A DNA stretch of 64,000 nucleotides, taken from positions 449,186-513,185 of the forward strand of contig CAVXTM010000016.1 of the NCBI GenBank assembly GCA_963764725.1, written 5' to 3'. Source of the stretch: an uncultured Gammaproteobacteria bacterium. GTDB taxonomy: Bacteria; Pseudomonadota; Gammaproteobacteria; JACCXJ01. This document shows positions 22,111 to 31,457 of the stretch, in pieces. How positions within the stretch are numbered: the stretch's first letter is position 1; each line of letters starts with the position of its first letter. Both the position numbers and the translations under genes were made by a program. Under the pieces are notes generated by a model. The model saw only the letters and a list, made by a program, of their open reading frames with translations, had not been told where the DNA came from and did not search any database.

Positions 22111-25100
22111 CTATATAGAAATTACCGAATCCATGGGAAGGAGAACTTCCTTCGAACTTTCCGGCGACGCATCAGCTTGAGAGCATTCCCGCTTTACCCG
22201 AAACCAGGCTGCATACAACGCCGGCAGGAAGAACACTGTCAGTACGGTAGCAATAGTGAGTCCGCCCATGATGGCGATAGCCTGCGATCCGAAGAAATCG
22301 TTACGCGACAACGGAATCATTGCCAGGATAGCCGCCGCCGCAGTCAACAGGATGGGCCGGAAACGCCGGACGGTCGATTCTACGATGGCGGTCCAGGTAT
22401 CCCGGCCGGCCTTTTCGTCCTGCTCGATCTGATCCACCAGGATCACCGAGTTGCGCATGATCATGCCGGCCAGGGCGATGATGCCGAGCAGGGCCACGAA
22501 ACCGAAGGGAGCACCGAACAGCAACAGGGCGAACGCAGCCCCGATTACCCCTAGAGGCGCCGTCATAAAAACAAGGAAGGTTCTGGACAGATTCTGCAAT
22601 TGAATCATCAGCAGGATGAGCGTGACGATCACGACGAGCGGAATCCAAATCAGGATCGACTTCTGAGCGATCCAGGCGTCTTCCTTGGCCGCGCCGGTTT
22701 CGATGAAATGGCCGGCGGGGAGGCTGTCTTTGATGGGCTCGAGCTTCGGAACGATCTGCGCGGCTACATCGGGCGCCAACATGCCGTCTACCACGTCGGC
22801 CCGTACCGAAATTGCCGGGAAGCGGTTGCGGCGCCAACGGACGCCGTCCTCGAAGACGGTTTCGAACTTGACGAACTGCGCCAGCGGTGCCGATCTGCCG
22901 TTGGCCGTCCGAACAGTGACATCGGGCAATTCGTCGGCGGCAGCACGTAAGTCCTTTTGCGCTCTCCAGACGATGTCGATGAGTTTGTCGTCCTCGCGGA
23001 ACTGTCCAACGGGGATGCCCGTATAGTGAGCTTGCAAGGCTTGCGACAAACTTGAAGTAGAGACGCCGAGTGCACGCGCCTTGTCCTGATCGAGTACGAG
23101 ACGTAACGAAGGAATGCGATCGTGCCAGTCGTCGTTCACATCGACCGTGTTGGGGTTGGTGCGCACGACCTCGGCCACCCGGTCGGCGACGTTGCGAACG
23201 ATCTTGGGATCTTCACCGAACACCCTGAACACGAGCGGATAATCCATCGGCGGTCCGACGTTGAGGCGCATGGTGCGTCCGCGCACTTCCGGGAAATCCG
23301 TGGCGAAAGCCAGCCGGATGCGTTGCATGACCCGTTCGCGGGCCGCGTTGTCGCGGGTCATCACCACGAATTCGGCCAGATTGGTATTGGCCAGTTGTTG
23401 CACGATCAGCAGGAAAAACCTCGGGCTGCCGCCGCCGATATAGGTCGCGTAATTCACCACGTCCTCGTCCGTGGCAAGCAGCGCCTCCATGCGCTTGGCG
23501 ACCGCTTCGGTTTGCGCGAAGGAACTACCCTCCGGCAACCAGAGGTCGATGATGACTTCCGGCCGATTGGACAATGGGAAAAACTGTTCGGGAACTTGGG
23601 TCAGGGTCACGACGCCGACGCCGAACAGCGCCACCGTGCCGATGATCACTGTCTTGCGATGTTCCACGCATCGATCCACCCAGCGGCGCAGACGATTATA
23701 GAACGGCGTGTCAAAAAGGTCGTGGCCGGGCGTGTGCCCCTTGCCCTTGGTCTTGAGCATCAGAAAGCCCAGATAGGGTGTGAAGACCACCGCACCGATC
23801 CACGACAGGAGCAGCGAGATGGCCATCACCTGAAAAATCGCCACCGTATATTCGCCCGCCTGCGATTTGGCCAAGCCCACCGGCAGGAAGCCGGCAATGG
23901 TAATCAGCGTACCGGTCAACATCGGGAAGGCCGTGGCGCGGTAGGTAAAAGTCGCGGCGCGCATCCGATCCCATCCCTCTTCGAGTTTGCGCGCCATCAT
24001 CTCGATAGCAATCATGGCGTCGTCCACCAGAAGACCCAACGCGAGAATCAAGGCGCCCAGCGAAATGCGATGAATTTCCATGCCCAAGAGCCACATGCAC
24101 AGCAGCGTTCCGGCCAGAACCAGGGGCACCGTCAGCCCGACGACGGAGCCGGTGCGAAATCCGAGGCTCAGGAAGCTGACGAGCAGCACCGCCGCCAGCG
24201 CCTCGAAGAAGGTGCGCAGGAATTCGCCGATGGCCGTTTTGACCACACGCGACTGATCGGCGACCCGCTCGACTTCGATGCCCACCGGGAGTTCGCCCTC
24301 GATCCGAGTCACGGTGGGTTCCAGCGCCTTCCCCAGTTCCAGCACATCGCCTTTCCTGTTCATGGTGACACCGAGTCCGACGGCTTCCTGACCGTTGAAG
24401 CGCATCTCGAATTCCGGCGGATCGGTATAGCCCCGCGTCACCTTGGCGAAATCGCTGACTCTGATGGTCCGGCCATCGAGACGCACGGCCAGGTTCGCCA
24501 CGCTATCCACCGAGTCGAATGGGCCGGTGAGTCGTATGGGGAGATTGCGCTGCGAGGAAAACACCGTCCCCGCCGACACCATGTCGTTCTGCGCCTGCAA
24601 CGTCTGTGCAACCGCCGCGGTGTCCAGTCCCAGTTCGGCCAGCTTCTTGTCGGAAAACTCGACGTAAATCTTTTCGTCCTGGACGCCGATGAGATCGACT
24701 TTCTCGACATCCTTGACGCGCAAGATCTGCTGCCGGGCCGAATCTGCCGCAGCTTTCAGCTCGGCGTAGCTGAAGCCTTCCCCGGAAAAGGCATAGAGGA
24801 GGCTGTAGGTATCGCCGAACTCGTCGTTGAAGAAGGGGCCGACGATGCCGGGCGGCAAGCTCATGCGGATGTCGCCGACCTTCTTGCGCACCTGATACCA
24901 GAGGTCGGGGATCTCCCTGGGCGGCGTGTCTTCACGGGGTGTGACGAAAATGACCGATTCGCCGGATTTCGAGTAGCTGCGCAGGGTGTCGAGGTTCGGC
25001 AATTCCTGGATTTTCTTTTCCAGACGGTCGGTCACCTGTTGCTCTGTTTCCAGCGCGGTTGCGCCCGGATAGAGGGTTTTGACGACCATGACGCGGAAGG

Positions 25101-25230
25101 TGAACTTTGGATCTTCCCGTTGTTCCAGGCGGAAATAGGCGAAAACTCCACCCAGCAGCAACAGCGCCATGAGAAAGCCGGTGAAGGCGCGGTGTTCGAG
25201 CGCCCATTGGCTCAGGTTGAAGTCCTTCAT
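22111..25230 (-). CDS. RND efflux permease (MexK/TriC-like)
   Basis: 1039 aa; FNLSQWAL, GLLVDDA, RFRPILLT. Confidence 0.95.
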   Translation of the reverse strand: MKDFNLSQWALEHRAFTGFLMALLLLGGVFAYFRLEQREDPKFTFRVMVVKTLYPGATALETEQQVTDRLEKKIQELPNLDTLRSYSKSGESVIFVTPREDTPPREIPDLWYQVRKKVGDIRMSLPPGIVGPFFNDEFGDTYSLLYAFSGEGFSYAELKAAADSARQQILRVKDVEKVDLIGVQDEKIYVEFSDKKLAELGLDTAAVAQTLQAQNDMVSAGTVFSSQRNLPIRLTGPFDSVDSVANLAVRLDGRTIRVSDFAKVTRGYTDPPEFEMRFNGQEAVGLGVTMNRKGDVLELGKALEPTVTRIEGELPVGIEVERVADQSRVVKTAIGEFLRTFFEALAAVLLVSFLSLGFRTGSVVGLTVPLVLAGTLLCMWLLGMEIHRISLGALILALGLLVDDAMIAIEMMARKLEEGWDRMRAATFTYRATAFPMLTGTLITIAGFLPVGLAKSQAGEYTVAIFQVMAISLLLSWIGAVVFTPYLGFLMLKTKGKGHTPGHDLFDTPFYNRLRRWVDRCVEHRKTVIIGTVALFGVGVVTLTQVPEQFFPLSNRPEVIIDLWLPEGSSFAQTEAVAKRMEALLATDEDVVNYATYIGGGSPRFFLLIVQQLANTNLAEFVVMTRDNAARERVMQRIRLAFATDFPEVRGRTMRLNVGPPMDYPLVFRVFGEDPKIVRNVADRVAEVVRTNPNTVDVNDDWHDRIPSLRLVLDQDKARALGVSTSSLSQALQAHYTGIPVGQFREDDKLIDIVWRAQKDLRAAADELPDVTVRTANGRSAPLAQFVKFETVFEDGVRWRRNRFPAISVRADVVDGMLAPDVAAQIVPKLEPIKDSLPAGHFIETGAAKEDAWIAQKSILIWIPLVVIVTLILLMIQLQNLSRTFLVFMTAPLGVIGAAFALLLFGAPFGFVALLGIIALAGMIMRNSVILVDQIEQDEKAGRDTWTAIVESTVRRFRPILLTAAAAILAMIPLSRNDFFGSQAIAIMGGLTIATVLTVFFLPALYAAWFRVKRECSQADASPESSKEVLLPMDSVISI

Positions 25231-26432
25231 GGCTGATGCTCCTTGTTTTCGGCGACGTAGCCCTGCATGGCCGCCGCGACCTCTTCCGGCAAGCGCACCG
25301 CCTGTCCCTCAGCCAGGCGCTGTACCCCGGCGCTAACGACTAATTGTCCAGACACGACTCCCGCAACGACAATGCGCTCTCCGTCCAGTGCCTCGCCCAG
25401 CTGAACCGGTACGGATTTGACCGTGCTGCCTCCTTCTTCCACCAGCCACACACGCGGACGTCCAGGCTCGTTCTGCGGGGTGAATACGGCCGAGAAAGGG
25501 ACGGTGATGCGAGGTGATGTAGTCACGGGAATCCACACCGTCGCCGTCTTGCCGAGCCGTGCTTCATCCTGCCTCTCAAGGAGTGTCGCCTTGACGCGAT
25601 AGGTGCGGCTGGTCGGGTCGGCCGCTGCCGCGATTTCGCGGATACGCGCCGTATACCGCCGGTCGCCGTCAGCCCACAGGGTCACGCTGACTTTCTGATG
25701 GAGGTCGATTCCGGCCACGCGCTGCTCGGGGACATCAATATGGATTTCCTTCTCATCAAGACGGGCCAGCTTGATGACGGGCTGACCGGCAGTCACCACC
25801 TGCCCCGTCTCGACTTCCAGTCCCGTGACCACACCATCCCGATCCGCCAACAGATCGGTATACTGTAATTGGTTGGTCGCTTGGCTCAGTTGAGCTTCCA
25901 ACGTCACCACCCGTTCCCTCGCGGTGGTGTACGCAGTGTCGTGCCGGTCGAACTCGGCTGGACTAATGACCCGCTGATTGAGGAGTTCGCGGTAACGCAT
26001 CAGATCATCCCGGGCAAAATCCCGTTCAGCCTGGGCTGAGTTGAGCTGGGCTTTAAGCGCTTCCGTTCCAAGCCGGTAATCGGTGGAATCAAGACGCGCG
26101 ACGCGCTGACCTTTGCGCACTCGATCACCCACCTCCACGTGACGGTCAATCATTTTGCCCGATACCCGGAAGGCTAAAATCGTCTCGTATCGTGCCCGCA
26201 CTTCCCCGGCGAAACTCATCACGCCGGCTGCGGCCTCATCCCCGATTCGGACGACCTTCACAGGCCGTGAGACCTGCTGGGATGGTTTGTCTTGAGGGGT
26301 GCACCCAAGAAACATCGTGAGTGGTAGCAGCAGGCAAGCTAGGAATTTGCCCCGCACTGCCGTGATCAACATTTTTGGTTTTGCCATTTTGTCTCCTCTC
26401 TCGGTTTCTTGCTCGGTTAGTGATGGGTTCAA
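25227..26432 (-). CDS. RND periplasmic adaptor (MFP); start may be further downstream
   Basis: LAFRVSGK..VEVGDRVRKGQ..ARLD, ADPTSRTY. Confidence 0.92.
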   Translation of the reverse strand: MNPSLTEQETERGDKMAKPKMLITAVRGKFLACLLLPLTMFLGCTPQDKPSQQVSRPVKVVRIGDEAAAGVMSFAGEVRARYETILAFRVSGKMIDRHVEVGDRVRKGQRVARLDSTDYRLGTEALKAQLNSAQAERDFARDDLMRYRELLNQRVISPAEFDRHDTAYTTARERVVTLEAQLSQATNQLQYTDLLADRDGVVTGLEVETGQVVTAGQPVIKLARLDEKEIHIDVPEQRVAGIDLHQKVSVTLWADGDRRYTARIREIAAAADPTSRTYRVKATLLERQDEARLGKTATVWIPVTTSPRITVPFSAVFTPQNEPGRPRVWLVEEGGSTVKSVPVQLGEALDGERIVVAGVVSGQLVVSAGVQRLAEGQAVRLPEEVAAAMQGYVAENKEHQP

Positions 26433-26494
26433 CTAAAAATCTTGTCCCTGTTTGAGGTTAAGGTGGAGAGCCTGCTGCCAGAGTGCCATGTATC

Positions 26495-26504
26495 TGTATA
26501 TGCA
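26495..26504. promoter_or_regulatory. Candidate MarR operator TGTATATGCA; second copy TGCATATACA at 27012..27021
   Basis: The same TGYATATRCA palindrome lies upstream of both the MFP gene and marR. Confidence 0.55.
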
Positions 26505-26527
26505 AGTATGTAATCAAAAAAATACAC

Positions 26528-26992
26528 CTACCCTGCTGGAAGCCCGATCATGTTTCCTACGAGCTTTCGCAAGAGTGTCGCTCCATTATCCCCAATAAGC
26601 TTTTGTGTGCGATCCTGTGCCTTACGCCAAGAAGGAACGATTTGATGCAGAAGATCACGACCTTTGGCCGTAACCTGCAACGGCGAGCCTCGCCCGTCTT
26701 CTCCATCTATAATCTCTTCTACCCAACCATTAGTCAGCATAATCTTTAGATTACGTGTCAGCGTTGATGGGTCGAGGTGAAGGCGCTTGCCAATGTCGAT
26801 ACGCCGAACGGGGCCGATCCTCGCCACAGCCACCAGGAGATTGAGTTGTGTTGCTTTCAAACCGAATGCGCGTAATTCACCATCGTAGATGCCCGTGAGA
26901 ACACGATTGAGTATGCGTGCACGACTAAACAGACACTCACACCTTATCTGATCAATAATACCGTTATCGTATTTCATTTTGTTCGATTCCAT
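26528..26992 (-). CDS. MarR family transcriptional regulator
   Basis: CL..RAR..NR..TGIYD..L..FGLKATQ, LDPSTLTRNL, DGR. Confidence 0.9.
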   Translation of the reverse strand: MESNKMKYDNGIIDQIRCECLFSRARILNRVLTGIYDGELRAFGLKATQLNLLVAVARIGPVRRIDIGKRLHLDPSTLTRNLKIMLTNGWVEEIIDGEDGRGSPLQVTAKGRDLLHQIVPSWRKAQDRTQKLIGDNGATLLRKLVGNMIGLPAG

Positions 26993-27399
26993 TTTCACCG
27001 GTGCGTAGTGTTGCATATACAAATAGATCTTGTCAAGCCAAAATTTGGTCCAGATCCCCGCACCACTCGGTCACCATGAACCCGCTGCAACGGGACACCG
27101 CTCCATGCTGTTGATTCGTTCCCAAATTGGAGTTGATGACTGGTGGCGTCGGCCGCGAGGCACTGCGCGAGTTCTACTCGCGGCGCTTAAGCATAAATTC
27201 CCCCTGTGCGGTTTCCGCTACCAATACTCTATCTTTACCCTAGCCCTGCTAATAGATTTATACGTCGCATCGTTGCTCCTTCGTCCGTGAAATGCGGTGA
27301 GCGATTTGCGCTTGTGTCGCGGTGGGCCAGGCGCCGAGTTGCTGCATGAGGGAGAAAAGATTCGCCGCACCCCAATGCTCGGTGATCTTGCGGTCCTGC

Positions 27400-27590
27400 C
27401 GCCGTTTGCCACCGCACCGATCTCAATGATCCGGGCGCCCTTTAGGCGTGCGTCATCCAGCAAACCCAAGAGCCGCGCGTGGTGGCGGTCGTTGACGATC
27501 GACGTGTAGTCGGGTTCGCGGCTATATTGGGATAGAGCTTCGCGACCTCGCCCGTGTACGCGGCAACGAAATCTTCGACGACGAACTGGG
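27400..27590 (-). pseudogene. Remnant: internal fragment of a coniferyl-type aldehyde dehydrogenase
   Basis: LYPNIAANP/DYTSIVNDRHHARLLGLLDDARLKGA. Confidence 0.6.
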
Positions 27591-27766
27591 TGGGAGCGGT
27601 AGTGTGGGTATAACTAGTCATGCTCGGTCTCCGTGCATCGCATGGCCGATGCTGTTCACGACCAGCCCCTCTTAGTTGTCGTGACGCTCATAAGGCTGCT
27701 GGTGAGCTGCGGCGAAGGGGAATCGCCTTTTCTTCGCGACACCCACCACACTTTGCCCCGGAGCCA

Positions 27767-29689
27767 TCAATGTGAGGTTACCGGCCCACCGATGGTCCCG
27801 GCGTGAGAATCGTTGTCGCGGAGCGGCGCCTTCGGCGGCCTAGGTTGCCCAGCGTCGTTCCAGCCTTTCGGTGGACGCGGGACTTGGCCGTGCATGATGT
27901 CGTCGATCTGCTCGGCGTCGATGGTCTCATACTTCATTAACGCCTCGGCCATCACGTGCAAAGTGTCGAGATTCCCTTCGAGGATGTCCTTCGCACGCTG
28001 ATAGTTCCGATCGACGATGCGACGGATCTCCTCGTCTATCGCATGCGCCGTCTCATCGGAGACCGTCTCCTGCTGCGTCACGGAGCGCCCGAGGAACACC
28101 TCCCCCTCATCCTTCCCGTAGGTCAAGGGCCCTAAGCGCTCCGAGAGACCCCACTTGGTCACCATGTTGCGCGCAAGCTCGGTTACCCGCTCGATGTCGT
28201 TCGAGGCCCCTGTCGTCACATGCTCGACGCCAAAGATGAGCTCTTCCGCCACCCGACCCCCAAAGAGACTCGAGATCTGGCTCTCCAGCCGCTCCTTGCT
28301 CGCACTGAAGCGGTCCTGCTCGGGCAGAAACATCGTCACCCCGAGCGCCCGACCCCGCGGCATAATGCTCACCTTGTACACCGGATCGTGCGAGGGCACC
28401 AGCCGTCCCACAATCGCATGCCCCGCCTCGTGGTAGGCTGTCAGCCGCTTCTGGTCCTCGCTCATCACCATCGACTTTCGCTCGGCCCCCATCATGATCT
28501 TGTCTTTGGCCTTTTCAAAGTCCTCCATGTCCACCAACTGCTTGTCGGAACGCGCGGCAAAGAGCGCCGCCTCGTTCACCAGATTGGCCAAGTCCGCCCC
28601 CGAAAACCCCGGCGTTCCACGCGCGATAATCGCCGCTTTCACATCGTCCGCCACCGGCGCCTTGCGCATGTGTACTTTCAAAATCTGCTCCCGACCACGG
28701 ATGTCGGGCAACGGAACAACCACATGCCGGTCAAACCGTCCTGGACGCAAGAGGGCCGGATCGAGCACATCGGGACGGTTGGTCGCCGCAATGATGATGA
28801 TCCCCTCGTTGCCCTCAAATCCGTCCATCTCTACCAGCAACTGATTGAGCGTCTGCTCACGCTCGTCATGCCCGCCGCCGAGTCCCGCACCGCGGTGCCG
28901 GCCCACGGCGTCTATCTCATCGATGAACACGATGCAGGGGGCACGCTTCTTCGCCTCCTCGAACATATCACGTACCCGAGAGGCGCCCACCCCCACGAAC
29001 ATTTCCACGAAGTCCGACCCCGAGATGGTGAAAAAGGGTACCTTCGCCTCGCCCGCGATCGCCTTCGCCAAGAGCGTCTTGCCCGCGCCGGGAGGGCCGA
29101 CCATTAACACCCCGCGCGGGATCCTTCCGCCAAGCTTCTGAAACTTCCCGGGATCACGCAGGAACTCGACGAGCTCCACGACCTCTTCCTTGGCCTCTTC
29201 CACACCGGCCACATCACTGAAAGTAATCTTCACCTGGTCCTCGCCCATCAGCCGCGCACGGCTCTTGCCGAATGACATCGCCCCACGCCCGCCCATTCCG
29301 CCCTGCATCTGGCGCATGAAGAAGACCCACACCGCAATCAAGAGCAGCATCGGGAACCAGGAGATGAAAAGCTGCATCAGAACACTCTGGTGTTGAGGAG
29401 GACGCGCCTCGATCGAGACGTGGTTGTCCAGCAGATCCTTAATCAAGGGGCCGTTATCGGCTTCAGGACTGTAGGTGTAGGCACTGTTTCCATCAGCGAG
29501 ATGGATGGCAATGGCTGATCCGTCGATGAAGACCTTCTCGACGCGACCGGCGTTGACGTCGCTAAGGAACTGCGAGTACTCCATTGCGACGCCAGTACGA
29601 CCACGATTTTCGCTGTTCGCGAACAGGAGAAAGCCTATACCTATCGCCACTACAACAACCAACAGCACGTTCTTTGTTTTATCGTTCAT
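27767..29689 (-). CDS. ftsH: ATP-dependent zinc metalloprotease FtsH; outside the usual rlmE-folP context
   Basis: Two TM segments, [36 protein letters not shown]. Confidence 0.97.
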   Translation of the reverse strand: MNDKTKNVLLVVVVAIGIGFLLFANSENRGRTGVAMEYSQFLSDVNAGRVEKVFIDGSAIAIHLADGNSAYTYSPEADNGPLIKDLLDNHVSIEARPPQHQSVLMQLFISWFPMLLLIAVWVFFMRQMQGGMGGRGAMSFGKSRARLMGEDQVKITFSDVAGVEEAKEEVVELVEFLRDPGKFQKLGGRIPRGVLMVGPPGAGKTLLAKAIAGEAKVPFFTISGSDFVEMFVGVGASRVRDMFEEAKKRAPCIVFIDEIDAVGRHRGAGLGGGHDEREQTLNQLLVEMDGFEGNEGIIIIAATNRPDVLDPALLRPGRFDRHVVVPLPDIRGREQILKVHMRKAPVADDVKAAIIARGTPGFSGADLANLVNEAALFAARSDKQLVDMEDFEKAKDKIMMGAERKSMVMSEDQKRLTAYHEAGHAIVGRLVPSHDPVYKVSIMPRGRALGVTMFLPEQDRFSASKERLESQISSLFGGRVAEELIFGVEHVTTGASNDIERVTELARNMVTKWGLSERLGPLTYGKDEGEVFLGRSVTQQETVSDETAHAIDEEIRRIVDRNYQRAKDILEGNLDTLHVMAEALMKYETIDAEQIDDIMHGQVPRPPKGWNDAGQPRPPKAPLRDNDSHAGTIGGPVTSH

Positions 29690-29831
29690 GGTTCGGCTCC
29701 TATTCCAAATTCACGGTGAACTCACATTTTGCTCGCCTTGCTTAAACCAACGTACACAGGTAATCGCAGCCATCCTTTAAGGTCCTAACTCTTTGTTTAT
29801 CTATCTCCACTAGAAACGCACTTGCCGGACG

Positions 29832-29887
29832 TATAGATGATATATGTCATCTATATTTAGATTATAATGCAAATGTAATTAAGTCAA
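29832..29887 (-). promoter_or_regulatory. TetR-type operator pair (TATAGATGA-N6-TCATCTATA) plus leftward promoter TTGACT-N17-TAATCT upstream of ftsH
   Basis: Perfect 9-bp inverted repeat; same architecture as 41761..41817. Confidence 0.75.
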
Positions 29888-29940
29888 GGAGGCCGGCAAC
29901 GATATTTTTGTTCGCGCTGTGCTGGGACGCTTAAGGCCAC

Positions 29941-30030
29941 CTCACCTGCTTCGTGAGAGAGAAAGCGTTACACGGAATTAGTGTGGCCTACCTGATGAGC
30001 GAGATCGTACTTACCCATGGCGGTCTCTAT
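29941..30030 (+). pseudogene. Truncated paralogue of the TetR at 41909 (HTH fragment)
   Basis: LHGISVAYLMSEIVLTHGGLY vs intact LHGISVAELMSEIGLTHGGFY; ends at the OMF stop codon. Confidence 0.85.
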
Positions 30031-31457
30031 GGGATGCCGCCTCCGAGGGCTTTGTAAATGGCCACCAAAGCCGTAACTGTTCGCGTCTCGCTGGCCGCGA
30101 GCCGGTCTTGCGCTTCGAGCAGCGTGCGCTCGGCGTCCAGCACGCTGAGAAAATCCGTCGCGCCGGCGTCGTAGCGTTGCCGCGCCAAGTCGGCGGCTTG
30201 CTGGCTCGCTTGGGCGGATGCCTGAAGAAACTGCCGCCGAGCTTGTTCGTGTCCGAAATCGACAAGCGCGCCTTCTGTTTCCTCTAAAGCAGTCAGCACT
30301 GTCTGTTCGTAAAAGGCCAGCGAGGCTTCGGTGCGAGCGTCCTCGACCTTGATGCGCGCCTGAACGCGACCAAGGTCGAACGCCGCCCAAGTGATGCGCG
30401 GCCCGAAATTCCAAGTGCCAGCACCGCTATTGCCCAGCCCAGCGAAAGTATCCGCCTGCAGTCCCACGCTTCCGATGAACGTAACCCGTGGGAACAAGTC
30501 TGCGGTCGCAACGCCGATGCGCGCTGTAGCAGCAGCCAGTGAACGTTCGGCGGAGCGGATGTCCGGGCGACGACGCAGAAGCGCTTCGGGATTGCCAAGT
30601 GCGAGCGCGGGCATTGCTGATGGCAGCGGTGCAGGTGTGGAAAGTGCCGCCGTGAGAGTGGTCGGCTGCTGTCCGGTCAGAACCGCGAGACGGTAAATCG
30701 TTTTTTGAATCGCGGCTTCGAGAGGTGGAATTGTCGAGAGGGTCAGATTGAGCAGCGATCGGCTGCGCGAGACGTCGAAGGCAGTACCGCGCCCGCCCTC
30801 AAGGAGCGATTGGGTCATTTTGAGAGTCTCAGTTTGCACGCTGGCATTCTTGCGCGCGACGGCGAGTTGGTTTTGCAGCCCACGCAGTTCGAAATAATTC
30901 CGTGCGATCTCGGAGGTGACGCTCACCAACACATCAAGCCGCGTAGCTTCGACCGCTCCGACCTCAGCGGTGGCGGCTTGAACGGATCGTCGGACGCGAC
31001 CGAACAAATCAAGTTCCCAGGTGGCGTCAAAGCTGGCGTCGTAGAATTCCTCTTCGCGCGCGTCGCGTGGAGTACCGGGCGCCGTGGCGGCTTTGCTAAG
31101 ACGACTGTTCGCGTACCCCGCGTTGGCCAGCACGGTGGGCGCGAGGTCGAACGTAATGAGCCGACGCAGAGCGCGGGCTTCCTTGAGATTCGCAGTAGCG
31201 ATGCGCAGGTCGTAATTGTGGACGATGGCGCGATCCACCAGCCCATCGAGCTTGGCATCGTTGAAGCCTTTCCACCAGGTGGCGAGAGCTCTCTCGTCGG
31301 CCGCAGCGGCATTAGTTGGGCTGTTCGCGAAAGATCCGGCAACCGTTGTCTGCGGCGGCTTGTAGTTTGGACCGACGGCGCAGCCGGACAGAAAGACCGA
31401 TGACATAAATCCAACGGCCAACAACCCACTGCGGTTTTGATGTTCAATGCGCTTCAT
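30027..31457 (-). CDS. RND outer membrane lipoprotein (OprN-like)
   Basis: LSGCAVGPNY, WELDLFGRVRR, LLRRRPDIR. Confidence 0.92.
   Translation of the reverse strand: MKRIEHQNRSGLLAVGFMSSVFLSGCAVGPNYKPPQTTVAGSFANSPTNAAAADERALATWWKGFNDAKLDGLVDRAIVHNYDLRIATANLKEARALRRLITFDLAPTVLANAGYANSRLSKAATAPGTPRDAREEEFYDASFDATWELDLFGRVRRSVQAATAEVGAVEATRLDVLVSVTSEIARNYFELRGLQNQLAVARKNASVQTETLKMTQSLLEGGRGTAFDVSRSRSLLNLTLSTIPPLEAAIQKTIYRLAVLTGQQPTTLTAALSTPAPLPSAMPALALGNPEALLRRRPDIRSAERSLAAATARIGVATADLFPRVTFIGSVGLQADTFAGLGNSGAGTWNFGPRITWAAFDLGRVQARIKVEDARTEASLAFYEQTVLTALEETEGALVDFGHEQARRQFLQASAQASQQAADLARQRYDAGATDFLSVLDAERTLLEAQDRLAASETRTVTALVAIYKALGGGIP

Noticed and set aside
23122-25236. Long antisense ORFs (also 1180..2925, 4856..6196, 28220..29107, 50281..51942)
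   Set aside because: Shadow ORFs opposite well-supported GC-rich genes, with no recognisable motifs.
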